Below are positions 26,194 to 37,200 of a stretch of DNA of 64,000 bases, piece after piece. Location: NCBI GenBank assembly GCA_934457145.1, contig CAKSHP010000004.1:37026-101025 (forward strand). Direction: 5' to 3'. The notes below the pieces were generated by a model. It saw only the letters and a program-made list of their open reading frames with translations, had not been told where the DNA came from and did no database searches. A program made the position numbers and the translations under genes. The stretch is from an uncultured Clostridia bacterium (GTDB taxonomy: Bacteria > Bacillota > Clostridia > UBA1381 > UMGS1253). Position 1 is the first letter of the stretch. Every line of letters begins with the position of its first letter.

Positions 26194-27369
26194 ATGAGAA
26201 AATTGTTTACATCCGAATCGGTTACGGAAGGACATCCGGACAAAATATCGGATTTAATATCAGACGCAATACTCGACGCGATTATAGCCAAAGATCCGAT
26301 GGCGCGCGTTGCCTGTGAGGTGACGGTGACAACCGGTTTGGTTTTGGTTGTCGGCGAGATCAGCACGAGTGCGGAAGTTGATATTCAAAGCATCGTCAGA
26401 AAAACAATAAAAGACACGGGCTATGACAGGGCAAAATTCGGTTTTGACTGCGATACATGCGCTGTTATTACGGCGCTTGACAAGCAGTCGGCAGATATTG
26501 CGCTCGGAGTTGACAATTCTTTGGAAACAAAAGCCGGCGAAATGTCTATGGAAAACGGAGCGGGCGATCAGGGAATGATGTTCGGTTATGCATGCAATGA
26601 AACGGACACATTAATGCCTATGCCGATTTATTACGCACATAAGCTTGCAAGAAAGCTTACAGAAGTAAGAAAAAACGGCACTCTTTCATATCTTCGCCCG
26701 GACGGAAAAACTCAAGTAACCGTTGAATACGAAAACGATAAGCCACAAAGAATTGACACGGTTGTTGTTTCGAGCCAGCACAATGAAAAAACCGAACTTG
26801 AAACAATAAGAAAAGACATAATTGAAAAGGTTATAAAGCCTGTTTTGCCTTCAAATCTTATAGACGATAACACAAAGTATTATATAAATCCGACAGGAAG
26901 ATTTGTTATCGGCGGTCCTCAGGGAGATTCGGGTCACACGGGAAGAAAACTGATAGTTGATACATACGGCGGAGTCGGCAGACACGGAGGCGGAGCTTTT
27001 TCGGGAAAGGATCCGACAAAGGTCGACAGAAGCGCTGCGTATGCTGCAAGATACGTTGCAAAAAATATCGTGGCAGCGAAACTGGCAGACAGATGCGAAA
27101 TTCAGATTGCGTATGCAATAGGCGTTGCAAAACCGGTGTCGGTGCTTGTTGAAACGTTCGGAACGGCAAAGGTTGATGAAAAGGTTATTTCCGAGCTTGT
27201 GTTAAAGCATTTTGATTTAAGACCGACTTCCATTATAAATGATCTTGATTTGCGCCGCCCGATTTATACCCAGACGGCAGCCTACGGTCATATGGGAAGA
27301 GATGATATTTCTCTCCCGTGGGAAAAGACGGATAAAGCCGAAATTTTAAGAAAAGAAGCCGGACTTTAA
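26194..27369 (+). CDS. metK: S-adenosylmethionine synthetase
   Basis: 391 aa with [18 protein letters not shown] and [19 protein letters not shown]. Confidence 0.97.
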   Translation: MRKLFTSESVTEGHPDKISDLISDAILDAIIAKDPMARVACEVTVTTGLVLVVGEISTSAEVDIQSIVRKTIKDTGYDRAKFGFDCDTCAVITALDKQSADIALGVDNSLETKAGEMSMENGAGDQGMMFGYACNETDTLMPMPIYYAHKLARKLTEVRKNGTLSYLRPDGKTQVTVEYENDKPQRIDTVVVSSQHNEKTELETIRKDIIEKVIKPVLPSNLIDDNTKYYINPTGRFVIGGPQGDSGHTGRKLIVDTYGGVGRHGGGAFSGKDPTKVDRSAAYAARYVAKNIVAAKLADRCEIQIAYAIGVAKPVSVLVETFGTAKVDEKVISELVLKHFDLRPTSIINDLDLRRPIYTQTAAYGHMGRDDISLPWEKTDKAEILRKEAGL

Positions 27370-27407
27370 TAAAAATACAAAAAAACGCCGGAAAAATAAA
27401 AAAAGTG

Positions 27408-27436
27408 TTGACATATAAAGCATTTTATGTTATTAT
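27408..27436 (+). promoter_or_regulatory. sigma-A promoter (TTGACA-17-TATTAT) for rplU-rpmA
   Basis: TTGACA at 27408-27413 and TATTAT at 27431-27436. Confidence 0.65.
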
Positions 27437-27528
27437 ATTTTAGTAACCGCATAATAACGGCTTTTTAAGTCTGCGCATATAGCGCAGCGCCTAAATTAGC
27501 GTGACTTCATAATGGGAGGTGTATTTTA
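27437..27528 (+). promoter_or_regulatory. Structured 5' leader of rplU (possible L21-leader-type autoregulatory element)
   Basis: Hairpin CTGCGC-ATATA-GCGCAG at about 27469-27486, between the promoter and the RBS GGGAGGTG. The position is as expected for the Firmicute L21 leader. I cannot verify the covariance model by eye. Confidence 0.35.
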
Positions 27529-27837
27529 ATGTATGCAATTATTGAAACAGGCGGAAAGCAGTACAAAGTAGCTGAAGGTGATGTTATATTTGTTGAAAAG
27601 CTTGATGCCGAAGTTGATGCAAGCTATACTTTTAATAAGGTTTTAGCTATCGGCGGAGACGAGTTCAAAGCAGGCGATCCCGTTGTTTCGGGAGCAAGCG
27701 TAACGGCTAAAGTGTTAAAGCAGGGTAAAGAAAAGAAAATTATCGTGTTTAAATACAAAGCAAAGAAGAACTACCGCAGAAAGCAAGGTCACAGACAGCC
27801 TTATACAAAGCTTCAGATTGAAAAAATCAACGGTTAA
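27529..27837 (+). CDS. rplU: 50S ribosomal protein L21
   Basis: 102 aa, starting [14 protein letters not shown]. Confidence 0.97.
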   Translation: MYAIIETGGKQYKVAEGDVIFVEKLDAEVDASYTFNKVLAIGGDEFKAGDPVVSGASVTAKVLKQGKEKKIIVFKYKAKKNYRRKQGHRQPYTKLQIEKING

Positions 27838-27874
27838 TTAAATAATTTGGTTATGAAAGCAGAGGTGTTAATAC

Positions 27875-28129
27875 ATGGCACATAAGAAAGGTATGGGATC
27901 GACCAAAAACGGTCGTGACAGTGAGTCCAAGAGATTAGGTGTTAAAAGAGCTGATGGTCAGTTTGTTACAGCAGGTAACATTTTGGTAAGACAGCGCGGC
28001 ACAAAAATTCATCCCGGTAATAACGTTGCTATCGGAAGTGACGATACATTATTTGCCTTGATTGACGGAACGGTTAAATTCGAAAGAAAAGGTAAAGACA
28101 AAAAACAGTGCAGCGTTTATTCCGCATAA
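27875..28129 (+). CDS. rpmA: 50S ribosomal protein L27 (no N-terminal pro-peptide)
   Basis: 84 aa, starting [24 protein letters not shown]. Confidence 0.97.
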   Translation: MAHKKGMGSTKNGRDSESKRLGVKRADGQFVTAGNILVRQRGTKIHPGNNVAIGSDDTLFALIDGTVKFERKGKDKKQCSVYSA

Positions 28130-28133
28130 AAAT

Positions 28134-28165
28134 AAGACTCTCAGATTTTTGTCTGAGAGTTTTTA
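28134..28165 (+). terminator. Rho-independent terminator after rpmA
   Basis: GACTCTCAGA-TTTTTG-TCTGAGAGT followed by TTTT. Confidence 0.8.
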
Positions 28166-28268
28166 TTATATAGCGTAATGTTTTTACGCTGTATAATAAA
28201 AACTAAATAAATATTAAAACATCATTTAAGATAAATATATGCCAAAAAGGCTGGAAACGGAGAAGTTT

Positions 28269-29546
28269 ATGTTTTTTGATACAGCGAAAATTTATGTAAA
28301 GGCCGGCAACGGCGGAAACGGCGCAGTTTCGTTTCACAGGGAAAAATATGTTGCCGCAGGCGGCCCGGACGGAGGCGACGGCGGCAAAGGCGGAAGCATA
28401 ATTTTTGAAACCGACAGCTCGGTATCAACGCTTGCGCCGTTCAGATATAAAAGAAAATATGTTGCGCCGAACGGAAGCGACGGCGGAGCCGGCAGATGCT
28501 TTGGAAAAGACGGGGAGGATCTTGTTATAAAAGTTCCGTCCGGCACTCTTATTTACGATGCTGTCACAAACAGGCTTTTAGCCGACATGACGCCTCCCAA
28601 CAATAAAGTTGTTTTGTTTAAAGGCGGAAACGGTGGCTGGGGCAACACTCATTTTGCCACACCCACAAGACAGGTTCCCCGATTTGCAAAGCCCGGTCTT
28701 AAAGGCGAGGAAAGAGAGCTTAAGTTAGAGCTTAAGCTTATAGCGGACGTTGGACTTTTAGGTTTTCCCAATGTCGGAAAATCAACGCTTTTGTCCTGTG
28801 TAACATCGGCAAAACCGAAAATTGCAAACTATCATTTCACAACTCTTGAACCGAACCTCGGCGTTGTTGAGATGAAAAATCTCGGCGCTCAGGGAAGCTT
28901 TGTTATAGCAGATATCCCCGGACTTATTGAAGGTGCAAGCGAAGGCGTCGGCTTGGGACATGACTTTTTGCGCCATGTTGAAAGAACGCGGCTTTTGATA
29001 CACGTGGTCGACGTTTCGGGAATTGAGGGAAGAAATCCGATAGAAGATTTTGACGCAATAAATAAAGAACTTTTTAATTATAATGAGGTTTTAGCTTCAA
29101 GACCGCAGATTGTTGCAGCAAATAAAACGGATATTATAACGGATGAAAAATTATACAAAGACTTTTTAGAGGAAATGCAAAAGCGCTCCGTTGAAGTGTT
29201 TGAAATTTCCGCGGCAACGAAAAAAGGCGTAAAAGAGCTTATGAACTACACAGCAGAAAAGCTTGCCGCGCTGCCTCCGGTTGAAATATTTGAGCCGGAC
29301 GCAGTGCTTGAAGAAGTAACGGATTTACCGCTGTTTGAAATAAAGAAAGACAATAATGTGTATACGGTTGAGGGAAGCTTTATAGAAAATCTGGTTTGCT
29401 CAACAAATATGTCGGATGATGAATCGTTTAATTATTTCCAGCGCACGCTCAGAAAAAAAGGCATTATAGAAGCGCTTGAAAAAGCGGGCATAAAAGAGGG
29501 CGACACTGTGAGAATGTATGATTTGGAATTTGATTTTGTATTCTGA
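28269..29546 (+). CDS. obg: GTPase Obg/CgtA
   Basis: Starts at MFFDTAKIYVKAGNGGNG (RBS GGAGAAG). Has a Gly-rich Obg fold, G1 GFPNVGKST, G3 DIPGLIEGA, G4 NKTD, and a C-terminal OCT domain. Confidence 0.95.
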   Translation: MFFDTAKIYVKAGNGGNGAVSFHREKYVAAGGPDGGDGGKGGSIIFETDSSVSTLAPFRYKRKYVAPNGSDGGAGRCFGKDGEDLVIKVPSGTLIYDAVTNRLLADMTPPNNKVVLFKGGNGGWGNTHFATPTRQVPRFAKPGLKGEERELKLELKLIADVGLLGFPNVGKSTLLSCVTSAKPKIANYHFTTLEPNLGVVEMKNLGAQGSFVIADIPGLIEGASEGVGLGHDFLRHVERTRLLIHVVDVSGIEGRNPIEDFDAINKELFNYNEVLASRPQIVAANKTDIITDEKLYKDFLEEMQKRSVEVFEISAATKKGVKELMNYTAEKLAALPPVEIFEPDAVLEEVTDLPLFEIKKDNNVYTVEGSFIENLVCSTNMSDDESFNYFQRTLRKKGIIEALEKAGIKEGDTVRMYDLEFDFVF

Positions 29547-29574
29547 TTTTAAATAAAAGAAGGAGTAATATTAT

Positions 29575-29868
29575 ATGTTAAGCGGAAAACAAAGGGCATA
29601 TCTTCGAAAGCTTGCAAACAAGACAGAGCCTATTTTTCAGATAGGAAAAAACGGACTTAAAGAAAATATTGCAGACGAGCTTATAAAGGCGCTGGAGGCA
29701 AGAGAGCTTATAAAAATTCATTTGCTCGACACCTCATTTTTAGATACGAAACAAACCTGTAACGAGCTTGCAAGCCTTACGGGGGCAGAGCCTGTTGCGG
29801 CAATCGGTTCAAAGATTGTGCTTTATAAAGAATCGGAAAATAAAAAAACTATCATACTTCCGAAATAA
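29575..29868 (+). CDS. yhbY: Ribosome-assembly RNA-binding protein YhbY (CRM domain)
   Basis: 97 aa, with LSGKQRAYLRKLAN...IFQIGKNGL. Confidence 0.88.
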   Translation: MLSGKQRAYLRKLANKTEPIFQIGKNGLKENIADELIKALEARELIKIHLLDTSFLDTKQTCNELASLTGAEPVAAIGSKIVLYKESENKKTIILPK

Positions 29869-29887
29869 CTTTTAAAAGGAGATTTTT

Positions 29888-30493
29888 ATGGCGCTTATCG
29901 GCTTGCTCGGCGGCACATTCGATCCCATACACAACGCTCATATATCTATGGGAATTGCCGTAAAAAAACAAATGAATTTGGATAAAGTTATATATATACC
30001 GACCGGAAATCCGCCCCATAAATCAAGCGTTAAAACAAGCGCGGAGCACAGGCTTAATATGGTGCGCCTTGCAATAAAGAATATTGATTTTTTTGAAGCG
30101 TCCGACTATGAGGTCAACAAAAAAACATACAGCTACAGTGTTGAAACTCTGACGCACTTTAAAAATGAAAATCCAAAAGATGAGTATGTTTTTATAGTGG
30201 GCGAGGATTCTTTGGATTATATCGATAAATGGTATAAACCCGATGTGCTTTTAAAACTGTGCCGTTTTGCGGTTGTCGGAAGAGGCGGATTTAAAAGCGA
30301 TATACCCAAAAAAATCGAAAGCTTAAAAGAAAAATACGGCGCCGATATAGAGTTTGTTAAGATGAGCGAAAAAAATATTTCGTCAAGCATGATACGGGAG
30401 CTCATAGGAGAAAATAAAGATGTGTCGGATTTGATAGACGGCAGCGTTTTAAAATATATAAAGGATAATGCGCTATATGCGCAAAGTTTATAA
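29888..30493 (+). CDS. nadD: Nicotinate-nucleotide adenylyltransferase
   Basis: 201 aa, with GGTFDPIHNAH and ISSSMIR. Confidence 0.92.
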   Translation: MALIGLLGGTFDPIHNAHISMGIAVKKQMNLDKVIYIPTGNPPHKSSVKTSAEHRLNMVRLAIKNIDFFEASDYEVNKKTYSYSVETLTHFKNENPKDEYVFIVGEDSLDYIDKWYKPDVLLKLCRFAVVGRGGFKSDIPKKIESLKEKYGADIEFVKMSEKNISSSMIRELIGENKDVSDLIDGSVLKYIKDNALYAQSL

Positions 30494-30495
30494 AA

Positions 30496-31077
30496 ATGCA
30501 GATTAACGAAATGAAAGAAAAACTAAAAAAAACTTTAAAGCCTAAGCGCTATAAACATTCGATAGGCGTTATGGAAACGGCGGTAAAAATGGCAAAGCGT
30601 TTTAATGCCGATGAAACAAAGGCCATGCTTTGCGGACTTTTGCATGACTGCGCAAAGTATATGAGTCCGGAGGAGGGCTATGAATTCTGCAAAGAAAATA
30701 ACATCGAATTAGACGAAGTGAGCAAAGCAAATTATTCAATTGTTCATCAGTACATAGGCGCTTATCTTGCAAAAAGCGAATACGGTGTGTGCGATAAAGA
30801 GGTTTTAAGCGCAATTGCATGCCACACGACGGGCAAAGAAAATATGAGCACGCTCGATAAAATTCTGTGCCTTGCAGACATGATTGAGCCGACGAGAAAA
30901 GAAAATCCGTATGACGGGCTTTTCGAGCTTGAAAAGCTTTGCTTTGAGGATTTGGACAAGGCATTTGTTTTCGGTTTTGATTTATGCATAAAACATGTTA
31001 TTGACAAAAAAGAGCTTTTGCATATAGATTCGATCCGCGCAAGAAACGATGTGTTAAAAAAAATGAAAAAATTTTGA
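30496..31077 (+). CDS. yqeK: HD-domain phosphohydrolase YqeK (bis(5'-nucleosyl)-tetraphosphatase type)
   Basis: 193 aa with the HD motif LLHDCAK, in the conserved position after nadD. Confidence 0.85.
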   Translation: MQINEMKEKLKKTLKPKRYKHSIGVMETAVKMAKRFNADETKAMLCGLLHDCAKYMSPEEGYEFCKENNIELDEVSKANYSIVHQYIGAYLAKSEYGVCDKEVLSAIACHTTGKENMSTLDKILCLADMIEPTRKENPYDGLFELEKLCFEDLDKAFVFGFDLCIKHVIDKKELLHIDSIRARNDVLKKMKKF

Positions 31078-31153
31078 TAAAACCCTTGAAATATGACGAA
31101 AATTTAGGTATTATATAATAAGATACAGATATTTTATGGTTTGGAGGCAGGGT

Positions 31154-31528
31154 ATGGAACTCGAAAAAAAGGTGGAACTTATTGTTAATTGTTATGATGA
31201 CAAAAAGGCGCATGATATTGTTGCCATGGAAGTAGGCGAGCTTACGAGCGTGGCAGACTATTTTGTTATAGGAAGTGCACCGTCGTCAACACAGGTTAAA
31301 GCTATTGCCGATGAAATAGAAGAAAAAATGGAAAAAGCGGGATTTCGCGCAGTTCACCGCGAAGGCTATAACAGCGCTATGTGGATACTTTTGGACTATT
31401 CGGATATCGTTTGCCACATTTTTAACGATGAAACGCGCAAATTTTATGATATTGAAAGACTTTGGTCAGATGCAAAAAAGCTTGACATAGAAAAACTAAT
31501 TCAAAGGGAGGACAAAAACCTTGACTAA
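31154..31528 (+). CDS. rsfS: Ribosomal silencing factor RsfS
   Basis: ATG at 31154 after GGAGGCAGGG. Motifs [19 protein letters not shown] and [14 protein letters not shown]. Confidence 0.88.
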   Translation: MELEKKVELIVNCYDDKKAHDIVAMEVGELTSVADYFVIGSAPSSTQVKAIADEIEEKMEKAGFRAVHREGYNSAMWILLDYSDIVCHIFNDETRKFYDIERLWSDAKKLDIEKLIQREDKNLD

Positions 31529-33935
31529 ATATAACTTTGATGAAATTGAAAAAAAGTGGCAGAAAAAATGGTATGAAGAAGAAACTTTTAAAGCAACAAA
31601 CGACTTTTCAAAACCCAAATTTTATGCCCTTGTAGAGTTTCCGTATCCGTCCGGACAGGGACTTCACGTCGGACATCCGAGAGGATATACGGCGCTTGAT
31701 ATTGTTTCAAGAAAAAGACGTTTGCAGGGGTATAACGTTTTATATCCCATGGGCTGGGACGCATTCGGACTTCCGACCGAAAACTATGCGATGAAAAACC
31801 ATATTCATCCTAAAAAGGTTACGGAAGACAACGTCCGCCATTTTAAACAGCAGCTTCAAAGACTCGGCTTTTCATTTGACTGGTCAAGAGAAATAAACAC
31901 AACCGATCCGAATTATTATCACTGGACACAGTGGATATTTTTGCAGCTTTTCAACAAAGGTCTTGCATATAAACAGGAAATGCCTATAAACTGGTGCACG
32001 GGCTGTAAGGTCGGACTTTCGAACGAAGAAGTTGTTGACGGTGTGTGCGAGCGCTGCGGCAGCGAAGTTGTTCAGAAAAGAAAGAGCCAGTGGATGCTTA
32101 AAATAACGGAATATGCGCAAAAGCTTATAGACGATCTGGACGGACTTGACTATATAGAAAAAGTTAAAATTCAGCAGAAAAACTGGATAGGCCGTTCGGA
32201 GGGCGCAGAGGTAACGTTTAAAATAGATAATACGGATGACGCCCTTGTTGTTTACACAACAAGATGCGACACGCTTTTCGGCGCAACATATGTTGTTATG
32301 TCGCCCGAGCATCCTTATATAGATAAATGGAAAGATAAAATCGAAAACTTTGACGAGATTGAAAACTACCGCAGGGAAGCCGCAAGAAAGAGCGAATTTG
32401 AAAGAACAGAGCTTGCAAAGGACAAAACGGGTGTGTGCATAAAAGGAGTTTATGCAATAAATCCGGTAAACAACGAAAAGCTCCCCGTGTGGATTTCGGA
32501 TTATGTACTTATGACATACGGAACAGGCGCTATTATGGCAGTTCCGGCGCATGATACAAGAGACTGGGAATTTGCAAAAAAATTCAATTTACCTATTATA
32601 GAGGTTGTCGGCGGAGGCAAAGACGTGCAGCAGGAAGCCTACACAGATGTTGCCGACGGAGTTATGGTTAATTCGGGATTTTTAACCGGCATGAAGGTTA
32701 AAGACGCAATCAAAACCATGATTGAGTACCTTGAAAAAGAGGGCATAGGCAAAAGAAAAGTAAATTACAAACTGCGCGACTGGGTATTTTCGCGTCAGAG
32801 ATACTGGGGCGAGCCTGTTCCGCTGGTACATTGCGACAAGTGCGGCTGGGTATCGATAGGAGAGGAAAACCTTCCGCTTACATTGCCGGATATAAAAGAC
32901 TTTGAACCGACAGATGACGGCGAATCGCCGCTTGCAAAAATGACTTCGTGGATCAACACAACCTGTCCGAAGTGCGGCGGGGCAGCAGTCCGCGAAACTG
33001 ATACTATGCCTCAGTGGGCAGGTTCATCATGGTACTTTTTACGCTATATCGATCCTAAGTGCGACACAGAGCTGGCGCGCAAGGAGCTTTTGAAGTACTG
33101 GCTGCCTGTTGACTGGTATAACGGCGGTATGGAGCACACAACGCTTCACCTTCTCTATTCGCGTTTTTGGCACAAGTTTTTATATGATATAGGCGTTGTG
33201 CCGACAAAAGAACCATATCAGAAGAGAACATCACACGGAATGATACTCGGTGCAAACAACGAAAAAATGTCTAAATCGAGAGGAAATGTTGTAAATCCGG
33301 ACGATGTTGTGGCTCAGTTCGGTGCAGATACATTTAGAACCTATGAAATGTTTATCGGTGCGTTTGACCAGGCAACACCGTGGTCGGAGCAGGGCGTTAA
33401 AGGCTGCTACAAATTCCTTGAAAGAGTTTGGAATCTGCAAAACATTGTAACCGATGACGAGGGCTACAGCAAAGACATGGAAAGCTCAATGCACAAGGCT
33501 ATTAAAAAAGTCGGCGAAGATATAGAGAGAATGAAGTTTAACACGGCTATTGCGGCTCTTATGTCTCTCGTTAACGACTTTACAAAAAAAGCATCGGTAA
33601 CAAAAGGCGAATTAAAAACATTTATCATGCTTTTAAATCCGACAGCACCGCATATTACCGAGGAAATATGGCAAAACTTAGGGTTTGAGGGTGATATTGC
33701 ACATTCATCATGGCCTGAGTATGACGAGTCAAAAACCGTTGACGATAAAACTGAAATAGTTTTGCAGGTAAACGGCAAAATTAAAGATAAGATAATGGTT
33801 GATGCAAATGCCGGCAAAGACGAAACGGAAAAAGCCGCAATGGCAAGCGAAAAGATAGCGTCTGCAATCGACGGCAAGCAGATTGTTAAAAAGATTGTTG
33901 TTCCGGGCAGACTTGTCAACATCGTTGTAAGGTAA
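31521..33935 (+). CDS. leuS: Leucine--tRNA ligase
   Basis: 804 aa with HVGH (HIGH) and KMSKS motifs. TTG start after AAGGGAGG, overlapping the rsfS stop. Confidence 0.97.
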   Translation: MTKYNFDEIEKKWQKKWYEEETFKATNDFSKPKFYALVEFPYPSGQGLHVGHPRGYTALDIVSRKRRLQGYNVLYPMGWDAFGLPTENYAMKNHIHPKKVTEDNVRHFKQQLQRLGFSFDWSREINTTDPNYYHWTQWIFLQLFNKGLAYKQEMPINWCTGCKVGLSNEEVVDGVCERCGSEVVQKRKSQWMLKITEYAQKLIDDLDGLDYIEKVKIQQKNWIGRSEGAEVTFKIDNTDDALVVYTTRCDTLFGATYVVMSPEHPYIDKWKDKIENFDEIENYRREAARKSEFERTELAKDKTGVCIKGVYAINPVNNEKLPVWISDYVLMTYGTGAIMAVPAHDTRDWEFAKKFNLPIIEVVGGGKDVQQEAYTDVADGVMVNSGFLTGMKVKDAIKTMIEYLEKEGIGKRKVNYKLRDWVFSRQRYWGEPVPLVHCDKCGWVSIGEENLPLTLPDIKDFEPTDDGESPLAKMTSWINTTCPKCGGAAVRETDTMPQWAGSSWYFLRYIDPKCDTELARKELLKYWLPVDWYNGGMEHTTLHLLYSRFWHKFLYDIGVVPTKEPYQKRTSHGMILGANNEKMSKSRGNVVNPDDVVAQFGADTFRTYEMFIGAFDQATPWSEQGVKGCYKFLERVWNLQNIVTDDEGYSKDMESSMHKAIKKVGEDIERMKFNTAIAALMSLVNDFTKKASVTKGELKTFIMLLNPTAPHITEEIWQNLGFEGDIAHSSWPEYDESKTVDDKTEIVLQVNGKIKDKIMVDANAGKDETEKAAMASEKIASAIDGKQIVKKIVVPGRLVNIVVR

Positions 33936-34014
33936 AAATTTTGAAAAAGATTAATAAACTGTCTCGCATTTAAAACTGTTTTATGCACATTATAAATGTG
34001 CGAGGTGTTTTAAG

Positions 34015-34149
34015 TTGAAAAAGAATGATAAAGAAAAGAAAAACGAAAAGGACGAAAAAGGCGGCAAGCGGGACAGCCGGGGCGTATATATTCCCACGCA
34101 TGAGGAAGTTGTACGCAAAAGAATTTGGTCACAAATTCATCAGCTGTAA
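34015..34149 (+). CDS. Candidate small basic protein, 44 aa (MKKNDKEKKNEKDEKGGKRDSRGVYIPTHEEVVRKRIWSQIHQL)
   Basis: TTG start 7 nt after GAGGTG. The stop TAA at 34147-34149 is followed within 10 nt by a strong terminator. It falls below the 60-aa cutoff of the ORF track. No family recognised. Confidence 0.4.
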   Translation: MKKNDKEKKNEKDEKGGKRDSRGVYIPTHEEVVRKRIWSQIHQL

Positions 34150-34159
34150 ATTAAAAGTA

Positions 34160-34205
34160 CTGCGGCGAAGTGATTTTTTATCACTTTGCCGCAGCTTCTT
34201 TTTTA
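34160..34205. terminator. Bidirectional terminator
   Basis: CTGCGGCGAAGTGAT-TTTTT-ATCACTTTGCCGCAG followed by a CTTCTTTTTT tract. It also serves the convergent 1402-aa gene. Confidence 0.85.
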
Positions 34206-34209
34206 GATT

Positions 34210-37200
34210 TTATTTTTGAAGAGCCGCAAACTCGGTAACAGAGTTCCAGGAGTTTTCGGTGTTTTGATATCCTGTGTATCTCACATAGCGCACGTTTTGC
34301 GTTTCGGCAAAATCAAAAATCTGCATACCGCCGGTAAGCGCTGTTTGTGTTTTGGGGATAACTGTTTTAAAGTTTGTGTTGTCATTTGAAACGGATATTT
34401 CAAAATTATATTGCCTTGAAAGCGAATTCATAACGGCAATCGCAACTGCGTTTACGGGCTTTGCGCTGCCCAAATCCAAAGTTACCCATTGTCCGTCGCC
34501 GGAGGCTGCCCAGCGTGACTGATCGTCTGTGTTATTATCAGACACTGCCGAGGCTGGGTGGTCTTCCTGAGGCTGCTCGCTTGCAAAATGCGCGGCAACC
34601 TGCAAACGTTTAAATCCGCTTACATCCGAAAGCCTTGGCAAAATCTTTGTTTTCACGATATATGTTTTCTTATACGGCAAAGAAGAGTCTTTAAAAGAAG
34701 TTTCGATTATTGTGTCATCACCGAAATTTTGCGCTTCGGATATTTTATATGAAATATTGTCCTTTGCCGAAACGCTTACCTTTGGTATATCGGTGCTGTC
34801 CGACGTTTTGGTAACGCTGTAAACGGTGCGATCGGAAGCAAAGTTTTCACAAGGCGCGCCGTTTATATATATCATGTCAAGCTCGGGCAGAGAAAAACTT
34901 TCGGTTTCGCCGTCCGGAATTGTCCAGTCGGATATAGGTATGTTTTCTATTTTAGTATTTGCATTCGGATCATCGAGTGCAATATATTTGCATGAAACGT
35001 ATATGCTGCCCGAAGCTGTTGCTTTAAGGCAGAGCTTTTTGTATGCCGAATTTGAAGCCTGACCGGAATAGACGGGCGTTGTCGGCAGAGGAGAAGCGTC
35101 AGCAACGTAAAATTCATAATCCGGGATATTTGAATCAATCATAAATTTTACTTGCTTTCCCTCGTTTGTAAGTATTGCCGTGTGTTTGTCTACAATTTGT
35201 ATGTCGCCTTTTGCGTGAGCAAACCAATAAAACACGCTGTTATCTTTTTTTAGGGTTATTTCATCTCTTATCGTTGCGCTTCTGCGGTCGTCGGAGAGCA
35301 TAAAGCCGCGTATTGCCGATGAGGCATTGTCTTTGTATGCCGGAGTTAAATCGCAGACGGAATATGCGCCGCGGGGCTTTGAAACAAGCGTTGTCACGGG
35401 TGAAAATGCTTTTGAAGGAGTTTGCCCGGCAGAAGAGTCGGGATTTATAACATACAGGTTATGTCCTTCGGGGCGCTGGCGGTAGTAGTGTTTGTCGGCA
35501 TCATGATAGCCTTTCAGCGAATATGAATCGCCGCCTATGTCGTGTGCCCAGCGAACGCCGTCTATATCAACAACAAATGTGCCGCAGTCTAAGTGCGAGT
35601 GGTTTACCTGTGCGTTGCCGGCGTGATATGAAAGCCAGGCCGAGTTTTTATCAGCCGTGTTTTCGCGCATTGAAACAAACTCAACACCGCGGAAATAATA
35701 ATCTTTAAAAACATTTGCGGTTTTGTCTTTGCAATCGGGATTATACCATAAAATATCAAGCGGCGTGGGGGAGTATGTTTTTAAATCTTCATAGCGCACC
35801 GCCGCAATATTGATATCGTTAAACTTTTTTGCAAACCAAAACAAAGTATCGGTATTAAGCGGCGAATATGAGCTGTCGTGGAAATTATTTATTCCTGTCG
35901 GTCCGTTTGATGCAATTGCATAATACGGTGCATTTGAAAGCCCGGGAGCGCGCGAAAGTCCGAAATCCGTTGAAAAACATGTGTCAAGAGTGGAGATGGT
36001 GTTTGCAAGATAGCTTGCCGCATATGTAAAATACATTGTTCCCTCCATCCAGGCTCCGTCGGGGTAAAAGCTTTGCATCATAGATTCAATATCGCGCAGC
36101 GCAATCTGAATTATTTTGCTGCAAAGCCCGGGATTTTTGTCAAACACGGCGAGCGCACCCATAACAGCCGAACCGTTGCAGACTATGTTCCAGTTTGTTT
36201 CATTGCCGCCAAACCACCAGCCGTAGTCGCTTTTTTTATAATACACGTCATAGTAGCAGTTAAGCGAAAGATTAATTATCGCATCTTCCATTACCTTTTT
36301 CTGATTGTCATTTAAATAATCATAGAGCCAGTCATAGCCTATAGCAAACGCACAAGTCATTTCCGCAACGTCAAGAAAATGCGACGGACACCAGTCGGGA
36401 AATTTTGCGGCCGCATTATACACCTTAAATAGATTATCTGCATATTTTTTATCGTTTGTCAGAAGATATGCCATGCCGAGAAGCTTTGATCTTTCATACA
36501 CATCGCGCGAAGTGTATAAAAGTTCGCCGCTTGAAACATCGTATACGGGCAGGCTCTTTTTTAGCGTTTCGTCTGCGGAGGAAAGAAGGTTTTGTTTCCA
36601 TATTTTTGCGCTCTCGTCTTTTTTGCAGTTTTCTAAAACGCTTTTTATATCCGAATTTGAAAGCATAATCCGGGGATGCGAAATTTGTTTTTCGCTAAGC
36701 ATATTTGTTATTTGCAAATCTGTTGGTCTGTCGTATAAAAGATAATTGCTTATTGCCTTAAATTCGCCCTCGGACGCGTTAAATTCGTTATCGCCTATAA
36801 CTATAACGCCCAAATCGTGCCATGTCACGCTTTTGTTTAAAATCTGTTCGCAAAGGGCGCGCAGCGGAAGAAAGGCTCTGTTGTTTTTAATTTCTGCCGC
36901 AATGTCTGAGGTGTATGTGCTGCCGTCTGGCAGAATTATATCTTTGCTGCCGGTTTTTATTTTAGCCTTGCCGTCTATTGTTATTGTTTGAGTTTCGAAA
37001 TTATAGTCAACATCGCATCCGAAAGCCTCCGACACCGCGCGGACGGGAATAAGGGTTCGGTTGTCTTTTATATAAGCGCCGCCGTAGGTCTGGTGTTTTT
37101 CACTATTATAGTAAATATAATTTGAATAAATGCTTAAAGCAACATTGTTTTTCAAAAGCGACACTGCCTGTTTGTCCGATAAATCAATTGCGGGTGCGTC

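Noticed and set aside
31884-33988. Antisense ORFs of 222 aa (31884-32552) and 174 aa (33464-33988), plus smaller ones, inside leuS.
   Set aside because: They lie opposite a gene with clear HIGH and KMSKS motifs. They are Cys/Phe/Arg-rich nonsense translations with no RBS.
34025-34219. A 64-aa ORF from the track, downstream of leuS.
   Set aside because: It has no RBS and it reads through the 15-bp-arm terminator hairpin. The alternative frame starting at 34015 has an RBS and stops before the hairpin.
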